Origin: Candidatus Omnitrophota bacterium
GTDB taxonomy: Bacteria > Omnitrophota > Gorgyraeia > Zapsychrales > JANLHA01
Direction of reading: 5' to 3'
Assembly (NCBI GenBank): GCA_963662715.1
Contig: OY759724.1
Location: forward strand, 2,610,001 to 2,642,000
Length of the DNA: 32,000 bases
Of this stretch, positions 8,902 through 17,952 are shown one piece after another. Each line of letters opens with the position of its first letter. Within the stretch, counting starts at the first letter, position 1. Position numbers and translations under genes: made by a program. The notes beneath the pieces are model-generated. The model saw nothing but the letters and a program-made list of their open reading frames with translations, was not told the origin of the DNA and did no database searches.

Positions 8902-11082
8902 TTAGGTTGCCACGGGATCGGAAGAAAAGATCCCTTTATCCACCTTGATCCCTTTGGTGATAAGTTCATCTGCACATTTAGGAACATAATGGCACGACTC
9001 ATAGAATCCTTTGACTTTCCCGTCAGAGTCCCGCCCCGTTTGTCTGAATACAAAAATATCTTTTAAAATCAGTTCATGTTCGCTTGTTATCCCGGCGATT
9101 TCCGTGACCCCGGTGACTTTTCGTGACCCGTCTGTAAACCGGGCCATATGAACGATAACATTAATGGCCGAAGACATCATTTCATTGATGGCCCGCATGG
9201 GAAGTTCAATTCCGCTTAACAATATCATGGAACTCATGCGAATTAAAACATCGCGGGTTGAGTTGGCGTGCAGGGTCGTCATGGAGCCGTCATGTCCTGT
9301 GTTCATCGCCTGCAGCATGTCCAGAACTTCCGGCCCGCGGCACTCGCCGATGACGATGCGGTCCGGACGCATTCTCAAAGAGTTGACGAAAAGATCCCTC
9401 AGCGAAACTTCCCCGACCCCTTCAACGTTGGGGGGGCGGGATTCCAGCCGGCACCAGTGCTCTTTTTTTAAGCCTAATTCGGCGGCGTCTTCAATTGTGA
9501 TAATGCGCTCCCCGTCCGGGATAAATTCCGATAAAACGTTTAAAAGGGTCGTTTTCCCGGATCCGGTTCCCCCGGATATGATAACGTTCATGCGGCCCAA
9601 AACACAGGCATAAAGGAAATCTCTCATGGGGGGAGATAAACTCCGGAATTTTTGGATAATTTCGTCAACGGTGAGTTTTTCCGCCCCGAATTTCCGGATC
9701 GTTATAGACGGTCCGGTTAAACAGAGAGGAGGGATGATGGCATTAAATCGTGAACCGTCCGGAAGCCGGGCATCCACCATAGGGGTCGATTCATCGATAC
9801 GGCGGCCCAGGGGGGCGATAATCCGGTTTACGATGGCTCTTAACTGCTGGTCTGAAACGAACTGATGTTTGGTCAAGCGAAGTTGTCCCTCTTTTTCTAT
9901 ATATATCTCTTTACAGCTGTTAACCATGATATCGGTGACAGCAGGGTCTTCCATGACTTCCTCTAATATCCCTAATCCGAAAGCTTCATTAACAATTTCA
10001 TTAACCGTCTTTAAACGTTGTTCATGGGAAGCAATAAAAGCTCCTTCTTCTTCCAGCAGAGAGCTGACAATTTTTTTCGCAGATTCTTTTAATTGCTGGG
10101 CTTTTGACTGGTCGGTAAAATGTTCCGGCGTCAAAGATTCGAGATCCAGGCGGGTAATCAGTAAGGCATGGATTCTCCGTTTTAAGGCGAAAAGTTTTTC
10201 CTTTTCCGCGGCGGCTGCATCGTTTGCTGCAGATACGTCCTGCTTTTGTTCTCCGCTGAACTGATCCCAGAAAGTCTTGGAGTCTGCAAATTTTCCTGTC
10301 TCAACGTGGCTTCTTTCGTCCCCGGCGGTATGAAAAAACACATCTTTTTTCTTTAATTCATTAACGATTTTGCGGAAGGCATCGGCGATCGGGCCTTTAG
10401 GATTGTCAATGACGGAAGGGACTCCGCGTTCCAGCGCCTGTCCGACCCCGCTCCCATCGGAAGGAATGCGTCCGATGATATCTATATCCAAGGCATCACG
10501 GACTTCCTGCCAAGGGACGCCTCCCTGGCTTGCCGCCCGGTTTAAGACCAGTTTCACCATTTTGGTGGGGAAATGCATGTCTTCGAGAATTTTAATACAC
10601 CAGCGCAATTGATAAACCGCTAAAACGTCAGGAGTGCCGATCAGCAAAATAATGTTTGCGAGGTCGAGGACATTGAGCATCATTTCGCTGAATGTCTGCC
10701 CCAGATCTATAACGATATAATCGTAGCTCTGTGAGACCATCTTCAGAAACGCCTTGATATCTTTTGAAGCCATGGTGCTGATTTCTTGCGGATCTGTAAT
10801 GACGGGAAGGAAATCAAGTCCGGACGAATGGGAGATAACGTGTTTCCTGACAATATTGAATCCCGGCTGTTCTGTCTCCTGGATTTCCGTGAGCATCTGG
10901 GCCAGTGATTTTTCCGGAGCCACACCAATCATGCGGGCCATATCGTGTCCGGCCTGAATGTCCAAATCAAGCAATAATACCCGTCTCCCGGATAGGGCCC
11001 AGGAAGAGGCTAAATTGACAGCAACAAACGTTTTGCCGACGCCACCTTTATTGCTAAAAACAGGGATGATTTTTGAATCCAT
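8902..11082 (-). CDS. cpaF: ParA/MinD(CpaE/TadZ-like)-CpaF/TadA fusion ATPase, proximal paralogue
   Basis: 726 aa with the same architecture: VFSNKGGVGKTFVAVN, VLLLDLD; GRRIDESTPMVDARLPDGSRFNAIIPPL, SGGTGSGKTTLLN, IITIEDAAEL, GHDGSMTTLHAN. It is 21 nt upstream of the paralogue on the same strand. Confidence 0.85.
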   Translation of the reverse strand: MDSKIIPVFSNKGGVGKTFVAVNLASSWALSGRRVLLLDLDIQAGHDMARMIGVAPEKSLAQMLTEIQETEQPGFNIVRKHVISHSSGLDFLPVITDPQEISTMASKDIKAFLKMVSQSYDYIVIDLGQTFSEMMLNVLDLANIILLIGTPDVLAVYQLRWCIKILEDMHFPTKMVKLVLNRAASQGGVPWQEVRDALDIDIIGRIPSDGSGVGQALERGVPSVIDNPKGPIADAFRKIVNELKKKDVFFHTAGDERSHVETGKFADSKTFWDQFSGEQKQDVSAANDAAAAEKEKLFALKRRIHALLITRLDLESLTPEHFTDQSKAQQLKESAKKIVSSLLEEEGAFIASHEQRLKTVNEIVNEAFGLGILEEVMEDPAVTDIMVNSCKEIYIEKEGQLRLTKHQFVSDQQLRAIVNRIIAPLGRRIDESTPMVDARLPDGSRFNAIIPPLCLTGPSITIRKFGAEKLTVDEIIQKFRSLSPPMRDFLYACVLGRMNVIISGGTGSGKTTLLNVLSEFIPDGERIITIEDAAELGLKKEHWCRLESRPPNVEGVGEVSLRDLFVNSLRMRPDRIVIGECRGPEVLDMLQAMNTGHDGSMTTLHANSTRDVLIRMSSMILLSGIELPMRAINEMMSSAINVIVHMARFTDGSRKVTGVTEIAGITSEHELILKDIFVFRQTGRDSDGKVKGFYESCHYVPKCADELITKGIKVDKGIFSSDPVAT

Positions 11083-11223
11083 AAGAATAAATCGCAGTCA
11101 TCAATGGAGTATTCTTTCACAAGATTTTAATACATCTAATTATACTCATATTAAGATTTTTTTCCAGTGTTTTTGCTGCCGTCTTTTTCTCTAGGTCCCG
11201 GCGGATTTTGTGGTTGTTATTAA

Positions 11224-11253
11224 TTGAATAAGCCGAGGGGGTTGTGATATAAT
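11224..11253 (+). promoter_or_regulatory. candidate sigma70-type promoter for the MscS-family gene
   Basis: TTGAAT (11224-11229), 18-nt spacer, extended -10 TGaTATAAT (11245-11253). Followed by strong RBS AAGGAGGAGG and the ATG at 11340. Confidence 0.35.
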
Positions 11254-11339
11254 CTTACTATTATTCATGCAAGAGTGATTTTCCAGGTTTTTTAGTTGAA
11301 GAACGGCAACCCTTGTATACCGGTTAAGGAGGAGGAATT

Positions 11340-12407
11340 ATGGATTCAATACTGGATTTCCAATTTTTAAACAATAGTGTCGCAAGCTGGTTAATCGCCG
11401 GGGCTCTGGCGATAGCCATAATCATCACCGGAAAAATCGTCCAGAAACTTTTGTCAGGATTGTTAAGACAATGGAGCAAGAAAACAAAGTCGGACCTGGA
11501 CGATTTTATCGTTTCTGTCTTGGAGAAAATTAAATGGGAATGGGTCGCGGCCGGTATTTTTGCGGCATCGAGATATTTGAACTTCAGCGACACTTTTGAT
11601 AAATGGATGCTTTGGCTGTTTGCCCTGGTGCTGCTCAACCGCCTTATCAGAATTGTCAGTGCTGTTATGGATTATGTCGCGGAAACTGTGTATCTGGCCA
11701 AGGACGCTGTTGACACGGGAAGCAAAGGGGCTGTTAAACATATTCTTCTTATCCTGAAAATCGTTGTGTCCGGCCTGATGGTCGTCATCGCCCTTGATAA
11801 CCTCGGCTTTGATATCGGGGCTGTTATCGCAGGGTTTGGTGTTACGGGTATCGTCATAGGCCTGGCTGTGCAGAATATTGTGGGCGACCTTTTCAGCTCT
11901 TTCTGTATTATCTTCGATAAGCCGTTTGAAGTCGGGGATTTCATCATCGTTGGAGATTATATGGGGGTGGTCCAGAGGATAGGGATAAAAACGACGCGGA
12001 TAACCTCCTTGGGCGGCGAACAGATCGTATTCGCCAACAGCGACCTGACGGGCAGCCGGATCAGGAATTACAAAAGAATGGCGAAGAGAAGGGTCGTTTT
12101 CAGTTTTGGAGTCGAATACGGTACGACGGAAGATAAACTTAAAAGTATCCCCGAAACCGTAAAGAATATTATTACGAACATCAACGATACCGCTTTTGAC
12201 AGAGCCCATTTTCAGAAATTCGGGGGTTCCAGCCTTGATTTTGAAGTTGTATATTATGTCCTGAGCGCTGACTATAACAAGTACATGGATATTCAACAGG
12301 CGATTAATTTTGAGATATTTGCTGCGTTTAATAAAGGCGGCATTAACTTTGCATTCCCGACACAAACGCTTCATATAGAGGAATGCCATGTCACTCAACA
12401 GAGCTGA
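11340..12407 (+). CDS. mechanosensitive ion channel, MscS family
   Basis: 355 aa. N-terminal TM helices and the pore-helix/beta-domain signature GIVIGLAVQNIVGDLFSSFCIIFDKPFEVGDFIIVGDYMGVVQRIGIKTTRITSLGGEQIVFANSDL, closely matching the MscS TM3/beta-domain pattern. Confidence 0.9.
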   Translation: MDSILDFQFLNNSVASWLIAGALAIAIIITGKIVQKLLSGLLRQWSKKTKSDLDDFIVSVLEKIKWEWVAAGIFAASRYLNFSDTFDKWMLWLFALVLLNRLIRIVSAVMDYVAETVYLAKDAVDTGSKGAVKHILLILKIVVSGLMVVIALDNLGFDIGAVIAGFGVTGIVIGLAVQNIVGDLFSSFCIIFDKPFEVGDFIIVGDYMGVVQRIGIKTTRITSLGGEQIVFANSDLTGSRIRNYKRMAKRRVVFSFGVEYGTTEDKLKSIPETVKNIITNINDTAFDRAHFQKFGGSSLDFEVVYYVLSADYNKYMDIQQAINFEIFAAFNKGGINFAFPTQTLHIEECHVTQQS

Positions 12408-12445
12408 ACAGGAGCTGCTAAGGTCATCGCCAAACGAAGAACTCT

Positions 12446-13156
12446 ATGAACAAAAATAATTTGGGCCACAGGGTATTCTCTTTAGTGCTGGGTTTTCTGT
12501 GGATAATATTTTTTTATCCCCTGTTTAAGGCTTTGCGAGCCAGTAGCGGTCAGCTGTCTTTTGAGAATATCCTCCGTTCTTTTTATCTGCCGCAGTCCAA
12601 TCTTCAGCTTGGAGAGATTTCGGGGATTAACATCCATTGGTATGTCTATGGCGTTTTATCTTTCTTCCTTATCATAGGTTATTATGTCAAACATCATTGG
12701 CTTGCAGGGAGGGCCCTCCCGCCCTGTTTCCACCCCAAAACAGTTGTGATCGCTTTCCTGGCGCTTGTGATCGCGGGACAAACGGCAAACCGGTTGATGT
12801 CTTTCGGGCCGGAAATCCGGTATTACATAACGAAAGACAAACAGCAGAGATATTTTTCTTTTTTCCGCGGGCTGCACGATTTCGCCCGGCAATGCAAAAA
12901 TGTTTTGCCGGGAGCGCACAATGCCGAATTTATAAGTGATCTGGATTTCAGCGAGGAGGTTCCGGGCCTCTTCACATATTGGTGTCTGTCCTATTATCTT
13001 TATCCGATTGATATTAAAGATATTCATCCGCAGAAAAGCAAGGATTGTGTCATTGTCTTTTCCGGCAACAATCCTAAAAGCAGACTCCCCCGGGATTCCT
13101 ATGAAAAGATTTATCTTATCGGCAATCAGGGCCTTGTGGCGATAAAAAAACAATGA
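12446..13156 (+). CDS. hypothetical membrane protein
   Basis: 236 aa. About 3-4 hydrophobic helices in the N-terminal half (VFSLVLGFLWIIFFYPLF, WYVYGVLSFFLIIGYYV, VVIAFLALVIAG). No family recognised and no obvious RBS. Confidence 0.45.
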   Translation: MNKNNLGHRVFSLVLGFLWIIFFYPLFKALRASSGQLSFENILRSFYLPQSNLQLGEISGINIHWYVYGVLSFFLIIGYYVKHHWLAGRALPPCFHPKTVVIAFLALVIAGQTANRLMSFGPEIRYYITKDKQQRYFSFFRGLHDFARQCKNVLPGAHNAEFISDLDFSEEVPGLFTYWCLSYYLYPIDIKDIHPQKSKDCVIVFSGNNPKSRLPRDSYEKIYLIGNQGLVAIKKQ

Positions 13157-13163
13157 TATTCGT

Positions 13164-14582
13164 ATGGAACTTTACAGCTTAACTGCGGCTTTGCTCATTC
13201 CTTTGGGCCTGGGATATGTTGTGCTGCGGTTTTTACCGCCGGGCAAGAACCTCCCGTTTTTACTGTCCTTGGCTTTGGCTTTCGGTTTGGGAACCGGGAT
13301 GCTGACGCAATGGATGTTGTTGCTTGATATTTTCAGCATCCGCTTCAGCGCCAACACGATCAACATGCCGCTGATCGTATTTCTTGTTTTTACGGGGGTG
13401 GGGGTATGGACGCTTACAAGAACACGATATCCCCGTAAAGAGCCTCTTCCCGGACAGGTCATGGGGACGCCTCAAAAACAACTGCGGTTTTCTATGAAAG
13501 CTTTGTTCGTTGTCCTTTGTGTCGTATATGTTGTTGTTATGACAGCTTATGTTTTCTGGCGGGCTCTAAGTATCCCGATAGAAAGTTATGATGCCCTGGT
13601 TAAGATCTCTTATAAGGCAAAAATTTTCTTTTTTGACCGCAAAATACACCTCTTGAGACTTCCTCACAACTATTATCCTCTCCAGGTGCCGCTGCTGCAA
13701 TCCTGGGTCAGCTTTGTCCTGGGGCGATGGGACGATTATTGGACGAAGATATTTTTTCCGCTTTATTTTTCTTCTTATCTCATCATTCAGTTTTATTTTT
13801 TGAAAACGATAGCGGATAAATACAAAGCTCTTATGGGCGCCGGACTGCTTGTTTCTTCCAACTTGTTTATTTTTCATGCCACGATCGCCTATATGGATTT
13901 TACGATCATGTATTACAACTGCGTGGCGCTTCTTTTGATGATTTTATGGCATCGATCAGAAACAAAGGAGGCCTGGCTTATGACAGCCGGCCTTTTTTCC
14001 GGCATGATGACCTTTGTGAAAAGTGAAGGGACAGTGTACTTAATCATCCATGTTATTTTGCTGCTGGTGCTTCTGAAACAATTAAAGGGCGTCCGGCTGA
14101 AAGAAAAAATTTCCCATTTCCTGCGTTTTATTATCCCCAGCGCCGGCGTTTGCAGCATTTTTTCCCTGTATAAGATTATACAGGGGGTTGCTCCGTTCGG
14201 TCACGACAGGCGGATGATCTGGGATTTTGGAATGTCAAGCATAACCCGTTTGCCCAAGGTCATGGCCGCTTATGCTGATGACTTGTTTTTGAGCGGGAAC
14301 TGGAGCCTGCTTTGGTTTGTGTTCTTCTTTTTGATTATTTTTAACAGAAAAAAACTCTGTTTCTACTCGCGATGGCTTAGTCTGGCTTTGGGATTGTTTT
14401 TCCTGGTGTACACAGGTCTTGCTCTGACAACGCGGTCATTTGCTTATATCGGCGGTGAGTATACGGAACTTGGCCTGTCCCGGCTTATTTTGCATTTTTT
14501 CCCTTTGATTATCCCTGGGATCATCCTTGCTTATGATGCCGAGAGTGCTCCTGTTCAGGAATCATACCCGGGGAACGGCTGA
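13164..14582 (+). CDS. polytopic integral membrane protein (>=10 TM), possibly a GT-C/ArnT-PMT-like glycosyltransferase fold (weak guess)
   Basis: 472 aa, almost entirely hydrophobic helices with short loops. The overall layout resembles GT39/GT83-type enzymes, but I saw no diagnostic motif. Confidence 0.55.
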   Translation: MELYSLTAALLIPLGLGYVVLRFLPPGKNLPFLLSLALAFGLGTGMLTQWMLLLDIFSIRFSANTINMPLIVFLVFTGVGVWTLTRTRYPRKEPLPGQVMGTPQKQLRFSMKALFVVLCVVYVVVMTAYVFWRALSIPIESYDALVKISYKAKIFFFDRKIHLLRLPHNYYPLQVPLLQSWVSFVLGRWDDYWTKIFFPLYFSSYLIIQFYFLKTIADKYKALMGAGLLVSSNLFIFHATIAYMDFTIMYYNCVALLLMILWHRSETKEAWLMTAGLFSGMMTFVKSEGTVYLIIHVILLLVLLKQLKGVRLKEKISHFLRFIIPSAGVCSIFSLYKIIQGVAPFGHDRRMIWDFGMSSITRLPKVMAAYADDLFLSGNWSLLWFVFFFLIIFNRKKLCFYSRWLSLALGLFFLVYTGLALTTRSFAYIGGEYTELGLSRLILHFFPLIIPGIILAYDAESAPVQESYPGNG

Positions 14583-14605
14583 TTTCCCCGGGCTGTGTTT
14601 TTTTT
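14567..14605 (+). terminator. intrinsic terminator overlapping the stop codon of 13164-14582
   Basis: Perfect 9-bp stem CCCGGGGAA (14567-14575) / TTCCCCGGG (14584-14592), 8-nt loop containing the TGA stop, then T8 (14598-14605). Confidence 0.6.
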
Positions 14606-14657
14606 CGGAAGGTGGTACAATGACATTAACCTCCTTTAATATTTGTTATTTTTGGTT

Positions 14658-15257
14658 ATGAATATTGCCGTTTGTTCAATCAAAGGACTAAGAAGCACAA
14701 TCCTCAGGGATTATTATGTGTACCGTTGGTTCCTGTATCTGCTTCGTCAGTCTTCCTTGCGGTCCGAGCTGAGTGCTTGCCAGGAGAACCGCATCATTTA
14801 TGAACAGCTGGGAAAAATCACCCGTCTCCAATGGTTTTTGGGGATACTTATCCTCGGTCTTTCCATGCTGTATCTAAAAACGAAGTTTTTCTTGTTGTTG
14901 ATTTCTCTTGCCGTTGCGTGTCTTTGCGGCTTTAAAGTTTTGGCTGTGAAAAAAAGATATGTCGCTGATTTAAGCCTCCATGTTATTGAAAGGGATTTTC
15001 CGGCCGATAAGCTGGCGAAGACAACGCTTTATCAAATAGGCGAGATATTCGGGGAGAAATACCAGGTCCTTTCTCTGGTGGACGCCATATATCATTTGGA
15101 TAAAATTTACAGATTTACTTTGATATTCTCTTTTTTCCTGGTCGCTTATATTGTTAATATCGGAAACTGGAAGATCCGGCAGGCTTCATTCTTCTCCTTG
15201 TATTTCACCGTTGTTTTTCTCGTCAATACCCCGTTTTTCTACAAAAAGTTTAAATAA
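14658..15257 (+). CDS. hypothetical membrane protein
   Basis: First ATG at 14658 (the ORF track starts at a TTG at 14643). Hydrophobic helices WFLGILILGLSML, FFLLLISLAVACLCGF, FTLIFSFFLVAYIV and FFSLYFTVVFLV. No family recognised. Confidence 0.45.
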   Translation: MNIAVCSIKGLRSTILRDYYVYRWFLYLLRQSSLRSELSACQENRIIYEQLGKITRLQWFLGILILGLSMLYLKTKFFLLLISLAVACLCGFKVLAVKKRYVADLSLHVIERDFPADKLAKTTLYQIGEIFGEKYQVLSLVDAIYHLDKIYRFTLIFSFFLVAYIVNIGNWKIRQASFFSLYFTVVFLVNTPFFYKKFK

Positions 15258-15299
15258 TGGGCTCGTGAAGGGCTATGGGGAACGGGAGGTATTTTATCC

Positions 15300-17234
15300 C
15301 TAGAAAAGGAAATGCCTTAACCCGAAGAAATAGGCGTCAAGCAGAATAACGGCGGTGATAACAAGGCCGAAGGAGCAGGTCGTGGCCAGACAGAGGATGA
15401 AATGAAGCGGAAAAAGGAAATGGAACAAATTGTGGCTGAATGAACGGTGCTCGAAAACCAGGTTGTTTAGCCCGTAATACCTCCAGTTGTAATTGGTGAT
15501 GCGGTCTTCTCTCAGCAGCTTGTAGTATATCTGGGAGCCCGGTAAAGGCGTTAAGACCGAAATGATGGTCAGATAAGGCATAATAAAAAAACAGTATTTC
15601 CATATATGCAACATCGTGTGATAATTATCCGCTTCAAATCCGAGGATGAAGTGCGCTTTGATCGTGATCCCCGTTTTTTTGACTTTCTTGGTTAACTCAA
15701 TATACTGATCGGCCAAAGAAAATTTGCCTTTCTTGTGCTTCTCCCGTGATTCTCCGGTGATTTCATATCCGAACAACAGCTGAACACAGCCGCTTTCCTT
15801 CGCCAGTCTTAAAAGTTCTTCATCCTTGGCAATATCAATGGAACATTGGCTGGCCCAGGAGATTTCTAAAGGGATGAGCGCTCTGAAAAGCTCCTTGGCA
15901 TATTCAGGGTCTGCAATGATGTTATTATCGATAAAGGACAGGATCTGGTTCCGGCGCGGATGTATTTTCTGGATTAAGGCCACAACCTCCTCGACAGGCT
16001 TTTTCCTGACGACACCTTTTGTGAACAGGGGGATCGTGCAGAAATGGCAGTGGTATTTGCACCCCCGTGTGGTTTCCAGGAAGTCTTTGATAACGGCCGG
16101 AGGAGAGTTCAGCAGTTCCTGCTGAACATGGCGGTGAAAATCCTCCAAGGGAACGCCCTGGTAGATGCTTTTCAGGGTGTGATTTTCATAATCCCTGACC
16201 ACTTCCGTCCAGACGCTTTCGGCTTCACCGGTAACAACAGCATCGCAAAATTGCAGGGCTTCCTGCGGAAGGTAGGTGACATGCGGCCCGCCCATGACGA
16301 CCGTCGAACCACGTTTTTTAAATTCCTTGGCGATTTTATAAGCCTCACAGCAGTTTGAGGTGTAACAGGTCACGGCAACGAGTTTATTCCCTCGATAGAA
16401 TCTTTTTTTCCAGCTGATTTTATTGAACTCTTTGAAGTGATAGCCCTTGGGCGTCAGAGCCTTTAAGGTCAGGAAAAAGGGGGGGTACCAGCGGAACAGC
16501 AGAGAAGCGTCTCCTAACACGATCCCTCCGGAAACAGGGTTGACAAGATAGATCTCTTTTTCTTTGTCAAAGTGTTTTTCGATATCCGCATAACGGTCCA
16601 GGATAGTCATGGAAAAATATGTGAAGATAAAGAAATGCAGATAGGTATAGATGACAATAGGTTCATTACTGAGGAAGTCAATGGGGAAAAATTTTTTTAC
16701 GTTGCCGATCAGGATATTTAAGATAAATAAAACGGTCACGGAAAGAATATGCCCGGGGGGAACGGCTATTTTTTTATAAGGAAGCCCGAATTTTCTTATA
16801 TATTTATCCCTGATGATGAAAAAGCTGATCAGATAAATAAAGAATAAATCAAAAAAGAAATTGTCATAAAGAAACGCCAGATTGAACGCATTAAAAAATA
16901 CGGCAAAAAAGATATTCGCGCAAAAATGCAGGATCAGCAAGGGGAGATAAATTTTCCAGTAACGTCTGGCATTCTTGAAGAAAATCTTATTTGTTATGGC
17001 AACCTGTTCTTGGCTGGCAAGCTCGATAATGGTGCCGTACATCCCGCTGAAAAGAAATATTTTAAGGAATATTAAAAGGAACATGAACAGGACGGTCAGG
17101 CCAGGGGAGGCGGAAATAAAGGCAGGAGGGTCAACAAACAGGACGTGCAGGAAACAGGCGATTAACAGAAACAGAAGCGCGGAATGCAGGATGTCAAAAC
17201 TTTTAAGCAAAATTGTCCATGCCCCGTTTTTCAT
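15300..17234 (-). CDS. B12-binding (class B) radical SAM enzyme with N-terminal multi-TM domain and C-terminal TM helix (paralogue of 1832-3751)
   Basis: 644 aa. CKYHCHFC cluster motif. B12-binding region KLVAVTCYTSNCCEAYKIAKEFKKRGSTVVMGGPHVTYLPQEAL...VVTGEAESVW. Co-linear with 1832-3751 along the whole length, including the TM domain motif MYGTIIELA/VYGTIIELV. Confidence 0.85.
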   Translation of the reverse strand: MKNGAWTILLKSFDILHSALLFLLIACFLHVLFVDPPAFISASPGLTVLFMFLLIFLKIFLFSGMYGTIIELASQEQVAITNKIFFKNARRYWKIYLPLLILHFCANIFFAVFFNAFNLAFLYDNFFFDLFFIYLISFFIIRDKYIRKFGLPYKKIAVPPGHILSVTVLFILNILIGNVKKFFPIDFLSNEPIVIYTYLHFFIFTYFSMTILDRYADIEKHFDKEKEIYLVNPVSGGIVLGDASLLFRWYPPFFLTLKALTPKGYHFKEFNKISWKKRFYRGNKLVAVTCYTSNCCEAYKIAKEFKKRGSTVVMGGPHVTYLPQEALQFCDAVVTGEAESVWTEVVRDYENHTLKSIYQGVPLEDFHRHVQQELLNSPPAVIKDFLETTRGCKYHCHFCTIPLFTKGVVRKKPVEEVVALIQKIHPRRNQILSFIDNNIIADPEYAKELFRALIPLEISWASQCSIDIAKDEELLRLAKESGCVQLLFGYEITGESREKHKKGKFSLADQYIELTKKVKKTGITIKAHFILGFEADNYHTMLHIWKYCFFIMPYLTIISVLTPLPGSQIYYKLLREDRITNYNWRYYGLNNLVFEHRSFSHNLFHFLFPLHFILCLATTCSFGLVITAVILLDAYFFGLRHFLF

Positions 17235-17454
17235 ACAGTTTACTATACTTCATGGCTGTTGGGGAGGCAATACAAAATTCACTGATGATGCGGGCCTTTT
17301 TCGTCTTGTCCTATGGGGCAGGCAGGAGGAGTGCCGGTGTTTCTGTGTTGACAAAAGCTGGGATGTAAATTATATTAAATAAATAAGTAAAATAACTTCA
17401 GGCTGGTTTTTAGCCGCGTTTCCTGATTAATTTAACGTAACAAAGGAGAACAGC

Positions 17455-17901
17455 ATGAGAAGATTTCCTCTCTGTGTCGGTCTGATCCTGACACTTGCTA
17501 TCGCAGGTTGCACTACGGCGCCAAAGACTTTTATGCGGACACATGACGAACCCGGTATCTGGAAGACGGTTGATATCCGGGAAGGGATAGAGAACGATAA
17601 GATTTGGGAAACTCTGGTTGATACCTTAAGCCAAAAATACGATTTGGAAGTCCTGGAAAAAGATGCCGGATATATCCGTTCCTCTTGGAAATACTCTTAC
17701 TATTCCGGAGGCCAGGTGATCGACCGGTACCGCTCCCGTATCGTTGTGAAAGTCAAGGGAACTCCGGAATGGGATACGGTTCAGGTAAAGTGTGAATCTA
17801 ACTGGTTAGACAGCAAAGGCTGGATTCTCGGTTATGATACCCGGTTGTTGGAAGATATTTACGGTGATATTCAAGGAAAATTGGGCCGCGTAAGAAGATA
17901 A
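17455..17901 (+). CDS. lipoprotein, function unknown
   Basis: MRRFPLCVGLILTLAIAGC has a lipobox (LAIAGC). RBS AAAGGAGAA lies 6 nt upstream. 148 aa. Confidence 0.7.
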   Translation: MRRFPLCVGLILTLAIAGCTTAPKTFMRTHDEPGIWKTVDIREGIENDKIWETLVDTLSQKYDLEVLEKDAGYIRSSWKYSYYSGGQVIDRYRSRIVVKVKGTPEWDTVQVKCESNWLDSKGWILGYDTRLLEDIYGDIQGKLGRVRR

Positions 17902-17920
17902 AATTTTATGTTGTAAAAAA

Positions 17921-17952
17921 GGCCGCTTACTCATGTAAGCGGCCTTTTTTTT
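17921..17952 (+). terminator. rho-independent terminator
   Basis: GGCCGCTTA (17921-17929) / TAAGCGGCC (17936-17944) perfect 9-bp stem, 6-nt loop, T8 tail (17945-17952). It is preceded by an A6 run, so it may work bidirectionally. Confidence 0.85.

Noticed and set aside
7075-10612. Many 60-165-aa plus-strand ORFs inside the two ATPase genes (e.g. 7451-7948, 9164-9613, 9869-10264)
   Set aside because: They are antisense shadows of strongly supported minus-strand coding sequence, with Arg/Ser/Pro-rich nonsense-like composition.
6709-11082. Calling this a Tad/Flp pilus locus
   Set aside because: Only the ATPase components are present. No tadB/tadC-like platform, secretin, pilin or prepilin peptidase ORF is found anywhere in the 32 kb.
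11463-12398. 311-aa ORF antisense to the MscS-family gene
   Set aside because: It lies entirely within, and opposite to, an unambiguous MscS gene. It has no RBS and no recognisable motif. I treat it as a shadow ORF, although its length is notable.
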